Shown here one piece after another: positions 51,302 to 60,084 of a DNA stretch of 64,000 bases. The stretch is from Parcubacteria group bacterium GW2011_GWC1_36_108 (GTDB taxonomy: Bacteria; Patescibacteriota; Minisyncoccia; Moranbacterales; GWC2-37-73). Numbering within the stretch: position 1 is the first letter of the stretch; every line of letters begins with the position of its first letter. The notes below the pieces were generated by a model. That model searched no databases. It was not told where the DNA came from and saw only the letters and a program-made list of their open reading frames with translations. The stretch spans positions 37,539-101,538 of the forward strand of contig LBRD01000007.1 in the NCBI GenBank assembly GCA_000991245.1, read 5' to 3'. Both the position numbers and the translations under genes were made by a program.

Positions 51302-51342
51302 TTGGCGCCAATAGAATGCGGTCGTCAGCTACTGGCGCCGGG
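51302..51342. repeat. GC-rich palindromic repeat TTGGCGCCA-N-AATGCGGTCGTCAG-N-TGGCGCCGGG, copy 1
   Basis: three near-identical copies (51302, 52036, 52144) in an AT-rich background. Confidence 0.7.
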
Positions 51343-51390
51343 TAGTGTTTAATATAATATAAAAGAGATAATTTAATTGATAAAAATATT

Positions 51391-51957
51391 GTGAACAAGG
51401 GTAAGAAAAAATTTAAAAGTCCAATAAAGAAAAAGGCACTGTTGCTTCTTGCAGGTGGTGTTGCTCTTGGTCTTGCACGAAATCCTAGGTCGCAGCAATA
51501 TATATTTAAAACACTAAAAAGGGATTGGAAGGAAATAAATAAAAAATATTTATATAAAATTGTCAAAGAATTTAGAGAGGAAAGGTTGGTTGATTATATT
51601 GAGAAAGCGGACGGTAGCGTGAAGATTGTGCTTACTGAAAAAGGAAAAAATATTATTCTTAATTTTGATATAGATAGAATAAAAATAAAAAAACCAATTC
51701 GTTGGGATAAAAAATGGCGATTTGTATTTTTTGATATACCTGAAAAACGAAGATCCGAAAGAAATGTTTTGAGAAATAAATTAAAAGATTTGAAATTTTA
51801 TGAAATTCAAAAATCAATTTTCGTGCATCCTTATCCGTGTTTAGATGAAGTTAATTTTGTTATTGAATATTTTAATTTGAGAAATATGGTTCGTTATGGG
51901 GAAGTGACAAATATTTCAAATGAGGAGGAATTAAAATTGAAATGTAATCTTTTTTAA
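51391..51957 (+). CDS. PaaX-like transcriptional regulator (short wHTH + PaaX core domain), GTG start
   Basis: 'WDKKWRFVFFDIPEKRRSERNVLRNKLKDLKFYEIQKSIFVHPYP' parallels PaaX 'WDGKWLLLLSEGLDK..LIWQGFGAL..S.MASP'; N-terminal wHTH-like 'LVDYIEKADGSVKIVLTEKGK'. Confidence 0.5.
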   Translation: MNKGKKKFKSPIKKKALLLLAGGVALGLARNPRSQQYIFKTLKRDWKEINKKYLYKIVKEFREERLVDYIEKADGSVKIVLTEKGKNIILNFDIDRIKIKKPIRWDKKWRFVFFDIPEKRRSERNVLRNKLKDLKFYEIQKSIFVHPYPCLDEVNFVIEYFNLRNMVRYGEVTNISNEEELKLKCNLF

Positions 51958-52035
51958 AAAGGCACTTTTCTTTTTAGCTCGTTTATGTTTTGCTTGCTCG
52001 TGTTTCTTGTTTGCTGCGGCACTATTTTATTTTAA

Positions 52036-52076
52036 TTGGCGCCACTTTTGTGCGGTCGTCAGTTAGTGGCGCCAGG
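52036..52076. repeat. GC-rich palindromic repeat, copy 2
   Basis: ttggcgccacttttgtgcggtcgtcagttagtggcgccagg. Confidence 0.7.
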
Positions 52077-52143
52077 CTTATTATGGTGAAATAGTATTTT
52101 AAATTGCAAAAAAATACATATCTTTTATAATGTATTTATTTTA

Positions 52144-52184
52144 TTGGCGCCAGTAGAATGCGGTCGTCAGTTAGTGGCGCCGGG
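52144..52184. repeat. GC-rich palindromic repeat, copy 3
   Basis: ttggcgccagtagaatgcggtcgtcagttagtggcgccggg. Confidence 0.7.
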
Positions 52185-52273
52185 CTTCTTGATGGTGGAG
52201 CTTATAAAAAGCTTGAATTATTGGAAAAATAAATAATAAAAGCTAAATCCAGAAATTTCGGAATTTGTTAAGG

Positions 52274-52357
52274 CAGTAACCTGTGCAAAAATTGCACATG
52301 TTACTGTGTATGGAAAAGTTAGAAAAATCAACCTGTTCCATTTTGGAACAGGTTGAT
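52274..52357. promoter_or_regulatory. two long hairpins (cagtaacctgtgcaa-aaa-ttgcacatgttactg; atcaacctgttcca-ttt-tggaacaggttgat) in a non-coding segment
   Basis: 13-15-bp stems read directly. Confidence 0.45.
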
Positions 52358-52535
52358 GTAGATAAGAAAACAAGAAAGAATAATTTAGTAAAGTGTTACC
52401 TATGTGCTCATCTAGTTAAAATACTTGACAAGATCTTAAAAATACTGTACAAAAAGGGATGGTAGTATGGTAATTTTAACAATTCAAGAATCTGCAAATT
52501 TGCAGAAAAAATAACCCAGAAAAAGGAGAAAAAAG

Positions 52536-53009
52536 ATGCCAGTTCCAATGAAAAAGTCGTCAGATGAAGTTTTTCGGTCAAACGGTGAGGATTTGGAGTA
52601 CAGAAGTGCTCAAGGTTCGCCTCATGTCACAGGGGAGATTGAAAAACCAGTTCCCAGTTGTAAACAGAGTATTTTTTTGAAGATAAAGGGTGAAGCTGGC
52701 GGAAGACAGGCCTTGGGCGCGCGAATCTCGGAAATTTTGCTGAAAATTTTCGGCAAAACAAACCAAAAATGTAAAATTGAGGATCTATCCATCTTGGATG
52801 GACAATATCTCTCGGAGTTTTTTGAAGTATTGACTAAGATCTTTAAGGAAGGACGCGTGGAAGATGTGGAGCCACTCAACCTTTTCTTGTCAGGGTTTAG
52901 TGAACCAGACCTTTCCAGATTGCAGAACCTGTCAACTCATGACAAAATCGGCAATAACATTCTGAGTGAGGGTATAGGCAACTCACTAAAAACCAAAAGA
53001 AGGAGATAG
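52536..53009 (+). CDS. hypothetical protein (157 aa), visibly GC-richer than surroundings
   Basis: strong RBS AAAAGGAGAAAAAAGATG; terminator 53043-53075 downstream. Confidence 0.5.
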   Translation: MPVPMKKSSDEVFRSNGEDLEYRSAQGSPHVTGEIEKPVPSCKQSIFLKIKGEAGGRQALGARISEILLKIFGKTNQKCKIEDLSILDGQYLSEFFEVLTKIFKEGRVEDVEPLNLFLSGFSEPDLSRLQNLSTHDKIGNNILSEGIGNSLKTKRRR

Positions 53010-53042
53010 CCTGGGGGATGAGAATTAATATGAAGGGGGAAC

Positions 53043-53075
53043 GAATTTTCGTTCTCCCTTTTTTCTTGTCCTTTA
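53043..53075 (+). terminator. intrinsic terminator gggggaacgaa-loop-ttcgttctccc + T6
   Basis: read directly. Confidence 0.7.
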
Positions 53076-53127
53076 TGTTGTATCTTTAGCTTGCAAAGTA
53101 GCTCTTTTTGTTATATGATGGGATTGT

Positions 53128-53415
53128 ATGGTTACAGAAATATACATAAATAGGATCAAGGAAATTTTACAAAAACATCTCACTAATAATGAGAAAGTTT
53201 TTATTTTTGGCTCAAGTGTGGACGGTGAAAAGTTTGGTGATGTGGATTTGGCAGTAGTTTCTGAGCAATCAGTGGATGAAAGAATAATGCGCCAAATTAG
53301 AGAGGATTTGGAGGAATCAACACTGCCGTATAAATTTGATTTGGTGGATATTAATCAAACTAATGATCCATTTCGCACCCGCGTGCTGAATGGTCCAAAA
53401 TTATGGATTATCTAG
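53128..53415 (+). CDS. minimal nucleotidyltransferase (MNT) antitoxin of a HepT/MNT pair
   Basis: 'FGSSVDGEKFGDVDLAV' GSx9DxD motif. Confidence 0.75.
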   Translation: MVTEIYINRIKEILQKHLTNNEKVFIFGSSVDGEKFGDVDLAVVSEQSVDERIMRQIREDLEESTLPYKFDLVDINQTNDPFRTRVLNGPKLWII

Positions 53416-53798
53416 AAGAAAAACATACACAACTTGAGCAAGCATTAAAAAAATGGAAGCAAGTGCTGGATATGCCTTTTTCGGATATAAATAGAGACGC
53501 ATCAATTCAGAGATATGAATTTTCTTTTGAATTGCTTTGGAAAGTAGTTAAAAAATATCTCAAAGAGATTGAAGGTTTTGAATGTAATTCACCTAAATCA
53601 TGTTTTCGAGAAATTCGTATGACATTGGATTTAAATGAATCTGACATTGAAATATGCATAAGTATGACGGAGGATAGAAATTTGTCAGTGCACACATATT
53701 CAGAGGAGATGGCGAACAATTTATATGCAAAACTGCCAGAATATGCCAGAGTTTCAAAATTAATTGCAAAAAAAATAAAAGAAAAAGCAAAAATATAA
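53403..53798 (+). CDS. HepT-like (DUF86/HEPN) toxin
   Basis: 'RNLSVHTY' Rx4HxY HEPN motif; 13-nt overlap with MNT gene. Confidence 0.75.
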   Translation: MDYLEEKHTQLEQALKKWKQVLDMPFSDINRDASIQRYEFSFELLWKVVKKYLKEIEGFECNSPKSCFREIRMTLDLNESDIEICISMTEDRNLSVHTYSEEMANNLYAKLPEYARVSKLIAKKIKEKAKI

Positions 53799-53870
53799 AA
53801 AATTTACAATGACTAAGGAAGTTCAAAATTTATTTATTATTTAGTTAACGTGTTGACGGGTTAACGAGTT

Positions 53871-53939
53871 ATGAAAATACAAAAATTTGATTCTATTGTG
53901 AAATTTTCTGAATTGGAACGCTTTATTGATCAAAAATAA
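53871..53939 (+). pseudogene. duplicated internal fragment of the wzt/tagH ABC ATPase gene (matches 56214-56274)
   Basis: ~53/56 nt identical to 'KKFDSIVKFSELERFIDQK' coding segment of 55833 gene. Confidence 0.6.
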
Positions 53940-53993
53940 AAAAACTTTTAACTTTTAATTATGGCGAATTTGCCATAATTACCAGCTTAAATT

Positions 53994-54023
53994 AAAAAAA
54001 CCAGTTTGATACTGGTTTTTTTG
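53994..54023. terminator. bidirectional terminator aaaaaaaccagt-ttgat-actggttttttt
   Basis: read directly. Confidence 0.6.
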
Positions 54024-54037
54024 CTACCCCCTGTTCG

Positions 54038-54232
54038 TTATTTACAAGAGTTGGTTTGAAGTTCGCCAAATTTACGCTCATATTCCTTCAAGAGATCTTT
54101 TTGGTCTTGTGCTGAAAGATCTGCAGCCTTCCGTATGATTTTTTGCTGCTCTGCCACAGGAAGATCAAAGAAATTAATTTTTTCTTTGTTCGTATCTTTT
54201 TTGCTGATGTGTGATATGATTTTTTTTAACAT
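54038..54232 (-). CDS. small hypothetical protein (64 aa)
   Basis: ORF only. Confidence 0.3.
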   Translation of the reverse strand: MLKKIISHISKKDTNKEKINFFDLPVAEQQKIIRKAADLSAQDQKDLLKEYERKFGELQTNSCK

Positions 54233-54520
54233 AATATTGTATTTAATGATTCTTTATTATATATAATTTTGATGTAATTGTCAATATTGCAATCAATATT
54301 TTTGCTTCCTCTGCTATTTGTATTTCATCTGTTTGTATCATGCTTTGATTTTACCATTTTTTCATTTTCAGTACAATGCATGCCCAATGCGTTAAGCGTT
54401 GTATTTTTGCATTTAAAATGATAAAATTGATTAGTAAAATATACTCAATTAATATTGATTTAAATAATCACATAAAAATAAAAATAGATATCAAAAACTA
54501 AGATAAAAAGAAAAAAATAT

Positions 54521-55081
54521 ATGCACATATTTGTTGATGAATCTGGAATACATAAAGAAACTGGAAAATCTTCAGTTGCGTTGGTTTATGTTTTAACAGA
54601 AGATGTAAAATTTCTTAATGAAGCCATAATTAGGGCTGAAAAATCATTAAGAATAAAAAATTTTCATTGGACTGATTGTTCGTGGAAAATAAGGATTGAA
54701 TTTTTCAAGCTTATATTGAAGGAAAATTTTTCTGTAAGAGTTTCAATTATACGAAATCCTTTCAGTAAAAACGATTTTGAAGAGTCAATCAAGCTGCTGT
54801 TGTTGGAAAAGAAATTTAAAAAAGTTGTAATAGATGGCAAGAAGCCAAAATGGTATGCATTAAAAATGAAAAAGCTGTTGCGAGATTCTGGAATTTCTGT
54901 AAAAAAAATAAATATGGCCAATGACGAAGCGCATCCATGTTTGAGGTTGGCTGATGCTTATGCTGGTTTGTCTAGGGCATACTGGGAAGGGAGGGAAAAT
55001 AAGAATGTGGATAGTTTGTATGAAATAGCTCGGAAGAAAATAAAAACCACCCAACTGGTGGATGGTCAGACAGTCCAGTAG
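54521..55081 (+). CDS. DUF3800-family protein
   Basis: 'MHIFVDESGIHKE' N-terminal DESG motif characteristic of DUF3800. Confidence 0.55.
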   Translation: MHIFVDESGIHKETGKSSVALVYVLTEDVKFLNEAIIRAEKSLRIKNFHWTDCSWKIRIEFFKLILKENFSVRVSIIRNPFSKNDFEESIKLLLLEKKFKKVVIDGKKPKWYALKMKKLLRDSGISVKKINMANDEAHPCLRLADAYAGLSRAYWEGRENKNVDSLYEIARKKIKTTQLVDGQTVQ

Positions 55082-55218
55082 CTATTGCTAGCTTTCTCGC
55101 ACGGAGATTTGTCCTGGGTATCTAGTTATATTCAAAGCATAGCATAAAGACTAAAATACGTCAATAGCGCTATGCATCATTATATACGGATTATATTAGA
55201 AAAATATTTCAAAAAACA

Positions 55219-55243
55219 AAAACCCCCGTTTATAGGGGGAATA
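55219..55243 (-). terminator. hairpin ccccc-gtttata-ggggg with U-run only on minus-strand reading
   Basis: orientation implies minus-strand transcription from the 55.25-55.8 kb non-coding segment. Confidence 0.35.
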
Positions 55244-55832
55244 GCCTATCCCTTTCGAGAAACCCGCCATACGGTCGGTGTTCGGCTAACATTTGACTTT
55301 ATTATAGACAATTTTTACAATGCTGTCAATGGTTAATACTCCTTCCGCTATTATTAATTTCAAAAATGAAATGTTACGGATAGAGTGGCTATTTTAAGCC
55401 ATTTTTTATTATATAATTGTGTTGCAAATTTACCCATATAATGATAAACTTTATTAGTGAAAAAAAGTGAAGAAGATGTACTTTTTTGTTTATTTGAATG
55501 ATGCAAGGGCAATTTTCCACATTTCTTTTTCCCGCAAAAAGAAACCTGGAGGAAAGAAAAGCTCACACCTGATGAAGATACTGTGGCAAAAACTTCGCTC
55601 TTCGCTAGAATTTACACTTCGCTCGTAGTCTGCTGACTCTCGCTACGTTTCAAAATTCCTTAACGCTCATCACTCGTTTTTTGCCTACGTACTTCATATG
55701 GTGCAAAGGGAATGCGGAATGCGAATACTGAAGAATACAGAGAGGGGTAGAGAGAATGGAAGAATTAGTTTAAAATTAAATAATTGAAAAATTAAGATTT
55801 GAATCGAAATTCAAAATTCAAAATTCGAAATT

Positions 55833-57131
55833 ATGAACAACGACATCGCGATCAGCGTTAAGAATGTGTCAAAGACCTTCAAGATACCACATGAAAAAAT
55901 CTCCTCTCTTCGTGGGGCGGCGGTTTCGATTTTTTCGAAAAAGAGGGGTTATGAAGAATTTAAGGCGTTGGATGATGTTAGTTTTGAGGTGAAGAAGGGG
56001 GAGTTTTTTGGGATTATTGGGAGAAATGGGAGTGGAAAAAGCACACTTTTGAAAATTCTGGCGGGAATATATCAGACTGACAAGGGAAGTGTGGAAATCG
56101 ACGGGCGGATTTCGCCGTTTTTGGAATTGGGGATTGGGTTTAATCCAGAACTTAGTGGTCGGGATAATGTGTATCTTAATGCAACTGTATTGGGACTGAC
56201 GAAAAAAGAAATCGATAAAAAATTTGATTCAATTGTGAAATTTTCTGAATTGGAAAGATTTATTGATCAAAAACTCAAAAATTATTCCTCCGGCATGCAA
56301 GTGCGACTAGCCTTTTCCGTTTCAATCCATGCCAACCGCGAGATTCTGCTCATGGATGAAGTGCTGGCGGTTGGAGATTCGAATTTCCAGAGTAAATGTT
56401 TGGAAGAATTTAATAAATATCGGGACGCGGGAAGAACTGTTATTATTGTTACTCATGATATTTCAGTAGTTCAGAGATATTGTGATCGAGCGATGCTTCT
56501 TAGAAATGGCAAAATAATGAAAATGGGAAAAGCAGAAGATGTGGCAAACGCATATGTTTATGATAATATGTCAGATGAAGAAAAAAGGTTTACTGATGAA
56601 GAAAGGCAAAAAATAATTGATGCCGAAAAAAATCTTGAAAATTTAAAAGGGAAAGAATTGGAGGATGAAAAAAGAAGAATTAAAGAGGAAAAAATAAAAC
56701 AAGCAGAAGAAAGAAAAAATAAAGTTGTGGAGATTATGAAGGTTGAACTTCTGGACAAAGACGGAATAGATAAGAATGTTTTTGAGACAGGGGAATCGCT
56801 CGATATTAAAATTAATTTTGAGGTGTACAAAGAAATTGAAAATTTAAATTTTGGGATAGGTCTGCATGCAATTTCAGGCGGACAAGTTTTTGGATATAAT
56901 ACTCAAATGGATGAGATAATTGTTGACAAAAATAAAAAAAGTATAACACTGCATTTTGATAAACTGCCAATTTTAAAGGGTGAATACACCATGAATATTG
57001 CATGCTGGAATGATATTGTTCAAGATCCATATGATCTCAAAATGGGTTATAGAATAGTGAGAATGTTTTCTAAAGGTTTAAAGAATAATTACGGTGGTTT
57101 TTGTGATATTGAGCATGCTTGGAAGAATTAA
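55833..57131 (+). CDS. ABC transporter ATP-binding protein Wzt/TagH-like with C-terminal extension (coiled coil + beta-rich domain)
   Basis: 'GRNGSGKSTLLKILAG', 'YSSGMQVRLAFSV' signature. Confidence 0.85.
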   Translation: MNNDIAISVKNVSKTFKIPHEKISSLRGAAVSIFSKKRGYEEFKALDDVSFEVKKGEFFGIIGRNGSGKSTLLKILAGIYQTDKGSVEIDGRISPFLELGIGFNPELSGRDNVYLNATVLGLTKKEIDKKFDSIVKFSELERFIDQKLKNYSSGMQVRLAFSVSIHANREILLMDEVLAVGDSNFQSKCLEEFNKYRDAGRTVIIVTHDISVVQRYCDRAMLLRNGKIMKMGKAEDVANAYVYDNMSDEEKRFTDEERQKIIDAEKNLENLKGKELEDEKRRIKEEKIKQAEERKNKVVEIMKVELLDKDGIDKNVFETGESLDIKINFEVYKEIENLNFGIGLHAISGGQVFGYNTQMDEIIVDKNKKSITLHFDKLPILKGEYTMNIACWNDIVQDPYDLKMGYRIVRMFSKGLKNNYGGFCDIEHAWKN

Positions 57132-57157
57132 CCGTGTTTTAAAAATAAAATTAAAAT

Positions 57158-58093
57158 ATGAGCGAAAAAAAATTTATTTCAGTGGTTACCCCTGTCTATA
57201 AATGTGAAAAGTGTATAGATGCTCTTTGTGCGCGATTGAAAAGTGTTATTGAAAAAATCACAGATAATTTCGAAATAATACTTGTAAATGATGCAAGTCC
57301 AGACAATGCTTGGGATGTTATAATGAAAAATTCAAAAAATGATCCCAGAATTAAGGGTATTAATCTTTCTCGCAATTTTGGACAGCATTATGCAATTACT
57401 GCGGGCATTGATTCTGCAGAAGGTGATTGGGTTGTAGTTATGGATTGTGACTTGCAAGACAAGCCTGAGGAAATTAGTAAGCTTTACAACAAAGCAATTG
57501 AGGGTGAATTCGATATAGTTTTTGGTAGAAGAATTATGCGCAAAGATGGTTTTTTAAAAAGAATGGCATCCAGATTTTTTTATAAGGTTTTTGAATATCT
57601 GTCTGGAATAAAATTTGATTATACTGTTGCAAATTTTAGCATTAGTAAGCGATTAGTTATCGAAAGCTTTAAAGATCTTAGAGAACAAAATAGATCATTC
57701 CCATATTTTATTAATTGGTTAGGATTTAATAGGGGTTATGTGGATATTGATCATGGAAAAAGAGATAATGGTGAATCAGCATATACTATAAAAAAGTTAT
57801 TAAAATTTGCTCTGGATAATATAATTGCTTATTCAAATAAGCCACTTATCCTTTCTATTTGGGTTGGATTGTTCTTTTCTTTTCTTTCAATTGCTTACGT
57901 TTTATATTTAATATTAAGATACATAAGTTACGGAGTTGTTATTGAAGGGTGGACAAGCGTTATTGTTTCAATATGGTTTATTGGTGGATTAATTTTTGCA
58001 AATCTTGGTGTAATTGGTTTGTATATTGGAAAAATTTTTAATGAAACTAAAAATCGCCCCTTGTACATAATAAAAGAAAAAATTGGTTTTTAA
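57158..58093 (+). CDS. GT2 polyprenyl-phosphate glycosyltransferase (GtrB/ArnC/DPM1-like) with two C-terminal TMs
   Basis: 'ILVNDASPDN', 'VVMDCDLQD' DxD, C-terminal TM pair. Confidence 0.85.
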   Translation: MSEKKFISVVTPVYKCEKCIDALCARLKSVIEKITDNFEIILVNDASPDNAWDVIMKNSKNDPRIKGINLSRNFGQHYAITAGIDSAEGDWVVVMDCDLQDKPEEISKLYNKAIEGEFDIVFGRRIMRKDGFLKRMASRFFYKVFEYLSGIKFDYTVANFSISKRLVIESFKDLREQNRSFPYFINWLGFNRGYVDIDHGKRDNGESAYTIKKLLKFALDNIIAYSNKPLILSIWVGLFFSFLSIAYVLYLILRYISYGVVIEGWTSVIVSIWFIGGLIFANLGVIGLYIGKIFNETKNRPLYIIKEKIGF

Positions 58094-58111
58094 TTTTATT
58101 TTTGAAATCGT

Positions 58112-58816
58112 ATGATTAAAAAAAATGAATGGGATTCAAATCATTTCGGCATTAATATTGCAGAAGTTGATATTGCAGAACTAGAGAGAGACATGAAAAT
58201 GATCTCTTTGTTTGCTGAAAAGGAAAATATTTCTGTAATTCAATCGTGTTGTGATATTTCAGATATTAAATCGATAAATTTACTTGAAAAAAATGGCTTT
58301 TACTTTGCTGATTTGAAGATGACATATTTTTTGGATTTAGAAAATATAAATATTGAAAAAGCAGAAGTTGTATTTGCTGTTGCCAAGGATGTTTTTTTGT
58401 TGAAAAAAATAGCTGCCAAGTCATTTGTTGATAAAAGTCGGTACTATCATGATTTTTTTGAAAAAGAAAAGGCGGATAAACTTTTTGAAATTTGGATAGA
58501 AAAGGCGGTCAATGGAACATTTGATGATTTTTGCATAAAAACTGAAAAAGATGGAGTTGTTGCTGGTTTTATTACTGGAAAAAAAATAGATGATTTGAGT
58601 GCAAGGATTGGAATAATAGGTGTAGATGATAGCTTCCAGAGTAGGGGCGCTGGAACAAAACTCTTGGAATCACTTTTTTATTTTTATAAATCAGAGGGTG
58701 TAAAAAGCGTGTATGTTTCTACACAAGGAAAAAACATAGGTGCTAATAACTTTTATATAAAAAATGGCTTTAAAATTAAAAATATTGAGGCATGGTTTTA
58801 TAAGAAATATAATTAA
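58112..58816 (+). CDS. GNAT-fold N-acetyltransferase (WecD-like sugar N-acetyltransferase candidate)
   Basis: 'GIIGVDDSFQSRGAGTKLLESL' acetyl-CoA binding motif A. Confidence 0.5.
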   Translation: MIKKNEWDSNHFGINIAEVDIAELERDMKMISLFAEKENISVIQSCCDISDIKSINLLEKNGFYFADLKMTYFLDLENINIEKAEVVFAVAKDVFLLKKIAAKSFVDKSRYYHDFFEKEKADKLFEIWIEKAVNGTFDDFCIKTEKDGVVAGFITGKKIDDLSARIGIIGVDDSFQSRGAGTKLLESLFYFYKSEGVKSVYVSTQGKNIGANNFYIKNGFKIKNIEAWFYKKYN

Positions 58817-58831
58817 TATTATTAAATAAAA

Positions 58832-59200
58832 ATGGCGTATCTATATATTTTAGGCACTATAATCTTTACAGTGTATGGTCAATTGATATTGAAATGGCGC
58901 ATACCTTTTTATGGATCACTCCCGGCTTCCTTTTTTGATAAAATATTGTTTTTATTTAAATTATTATTGGATCCTTTTATCTTTTCTGGTTTTGCTGCAG
59001 CATTTATTGCATCATTTTTTTGGATGGCAGCAGTGACAAATAAGATAGAACTCAGCAGGGCATATCCCATGACTACGATTGGTTTGGTGTTGGTATTTGT
59101 TTTTTCGATTATTTTTTTTAAAGAAGCACTGACGGTGTATAAGGTTATTGGAATGTTTTTAATAATTTCAGGCGTTTTATTTATCAGTAAATCATTATGA
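58832..59200 (+). CDS. small 4-TM membrane protein (GtrA/ArnE-like candidate lipid-linked sugar flippase)
   Basis: 122 aa, four TMs, position next to GtrB-like gene. Confidence 0.5.
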   Translation: MAYLYILGTIIFTVYGQLILKWRIPFYGSLPASFFDKILFLFKLLLDPFIFSGFAAAFIASFFWMAAVTNKIELSRAYPMTTIGLVLVFVFSIIFFKEALTVYKVIGMFLIISGVLFISKSL

Positions 59201-60072
59201 TAATATGTCTAAAGTGTAAAAGTGAATTAAGAAAGGAGAATGAACGTTATCTTTGTAATTCCTGTGGCTTTCGGGCTGATATTATAAATGGGGTTGTTTA
59301 TTTTAAGCCAGAAATTGATGAAACATTTGAAAGTTATAATCCCAATGCATTGGATGTCTTTTATAAATATGAAAAGGAACACTTTTGGTTTAAAATCAGA
59401 AGAGATTTTATTCTTAAAATATTTAGTAAATATGTAAAAAAAAGTAGTTTGGTTATGGAGGTGGGCACAGGAACGGGAAATATTGCTAGAGAATTAAAAA
59501 ATAACGGATACGACGTTGTGATTTCTGATGTGCATAAACAATTTCTTGATTTTGAAAAAAATAAAATAATAGAAAAAAGATATCAGTTTGATGTCAATGA
59601 ACCACCATTCGAAGATCACTTCAATGCAATTGGAATGTTTGATGTTCTTGAGCATACTGAGGAAGATGAACAAGTTTTGAAAAATATTAGAAAAATGTTA
59701 AAGGATGATGGTAAAATTATCATAACAGTTCCTGCGCATAGTTGGTTGTGGAATAAGTATGATTATTCGCATAAACGAAGATATAATTTAAAAAGAATTA
59801 GGGAGATATTTAAAAACAGCGGTTTTGATATACTTGAGGCTAAACATTTTTTTGTTTCTATTATGCCGCTTTTATTTATAAGAGCTTTGATAGAGAGAGA
59901 TAATGGTAACAAAGATTCTGCCGATGATTTAGCGGAGCAGCAGATGGCTATTAATCCCATCATAAATAAAATTTTGTATACTATTCTTTCCTTAGAATGT
60001 AAATTGATTGCAAATATTTCTCCGAAAATCGGAGGCAGCATTATTGTTGTTGCGCAAAAAAGTAAAAATTAA
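59197..60072 (+). CDS. class I SAM-dependent methyltransferase with N-terminal Cys4 zinc ribbon
   Basis: 'CLKCKSEL..CNSCGF'; motif I 'MEVGTGTGNIAREL'. Confidence 0.75.
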   Translation: MIICLKCKSELRKENERYLCNSCGFRADIINGVVYFKPEIDETFESYNPNALDVFYKYEKEHFWFKIRRDFILKIFSKYVKKSSLVMEVGTGTGNIARELKNNGYDVVISDVHKQFLDFEKNKIIEKRYQFDVNEPPFEDHFNAIGMFDVLEHTEEDEQVLKNIRKMLKDDGKIIITVPAHSWLWNKYDYSHKRRYNLKRIREIFKNSGFDILEAKHFFVSIMPLLFIRALIERDNGNKDSADDLAEQQMAINPIINKILYTILSLECKLIANISPKIGGSIIVVAQKSKN

Positions 60073-60084
60073 TTTTTTGTTTTT

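Noticed and set aside
51391-51957. Alternative start for the PaaX-like ORF
   Set aside because: There is no in-frame ATG upstream. GTG at 51391 is the first start after copy 1 of the repeat. It is kept as a GTG start with moderate confidence.
51302-52184. Possible CRISPR array (three direct repeats) next to a Cas2-like 'FVFFDIPEKRR' motif
   Set aside because: Only three copies. The spacers are 690 and 67 bp, not uniform. The repeats are internally palindromic like operators. No other cas genes are present. The ORF aligns better to the PaaX core (WDxKW...) with a wHTH than to Cas2.
52283-52465. 60-aa ORF 52283-52465
   Set aside because: It has no RBS and overlaps the long hairpins. It is more likely non-coding structure.
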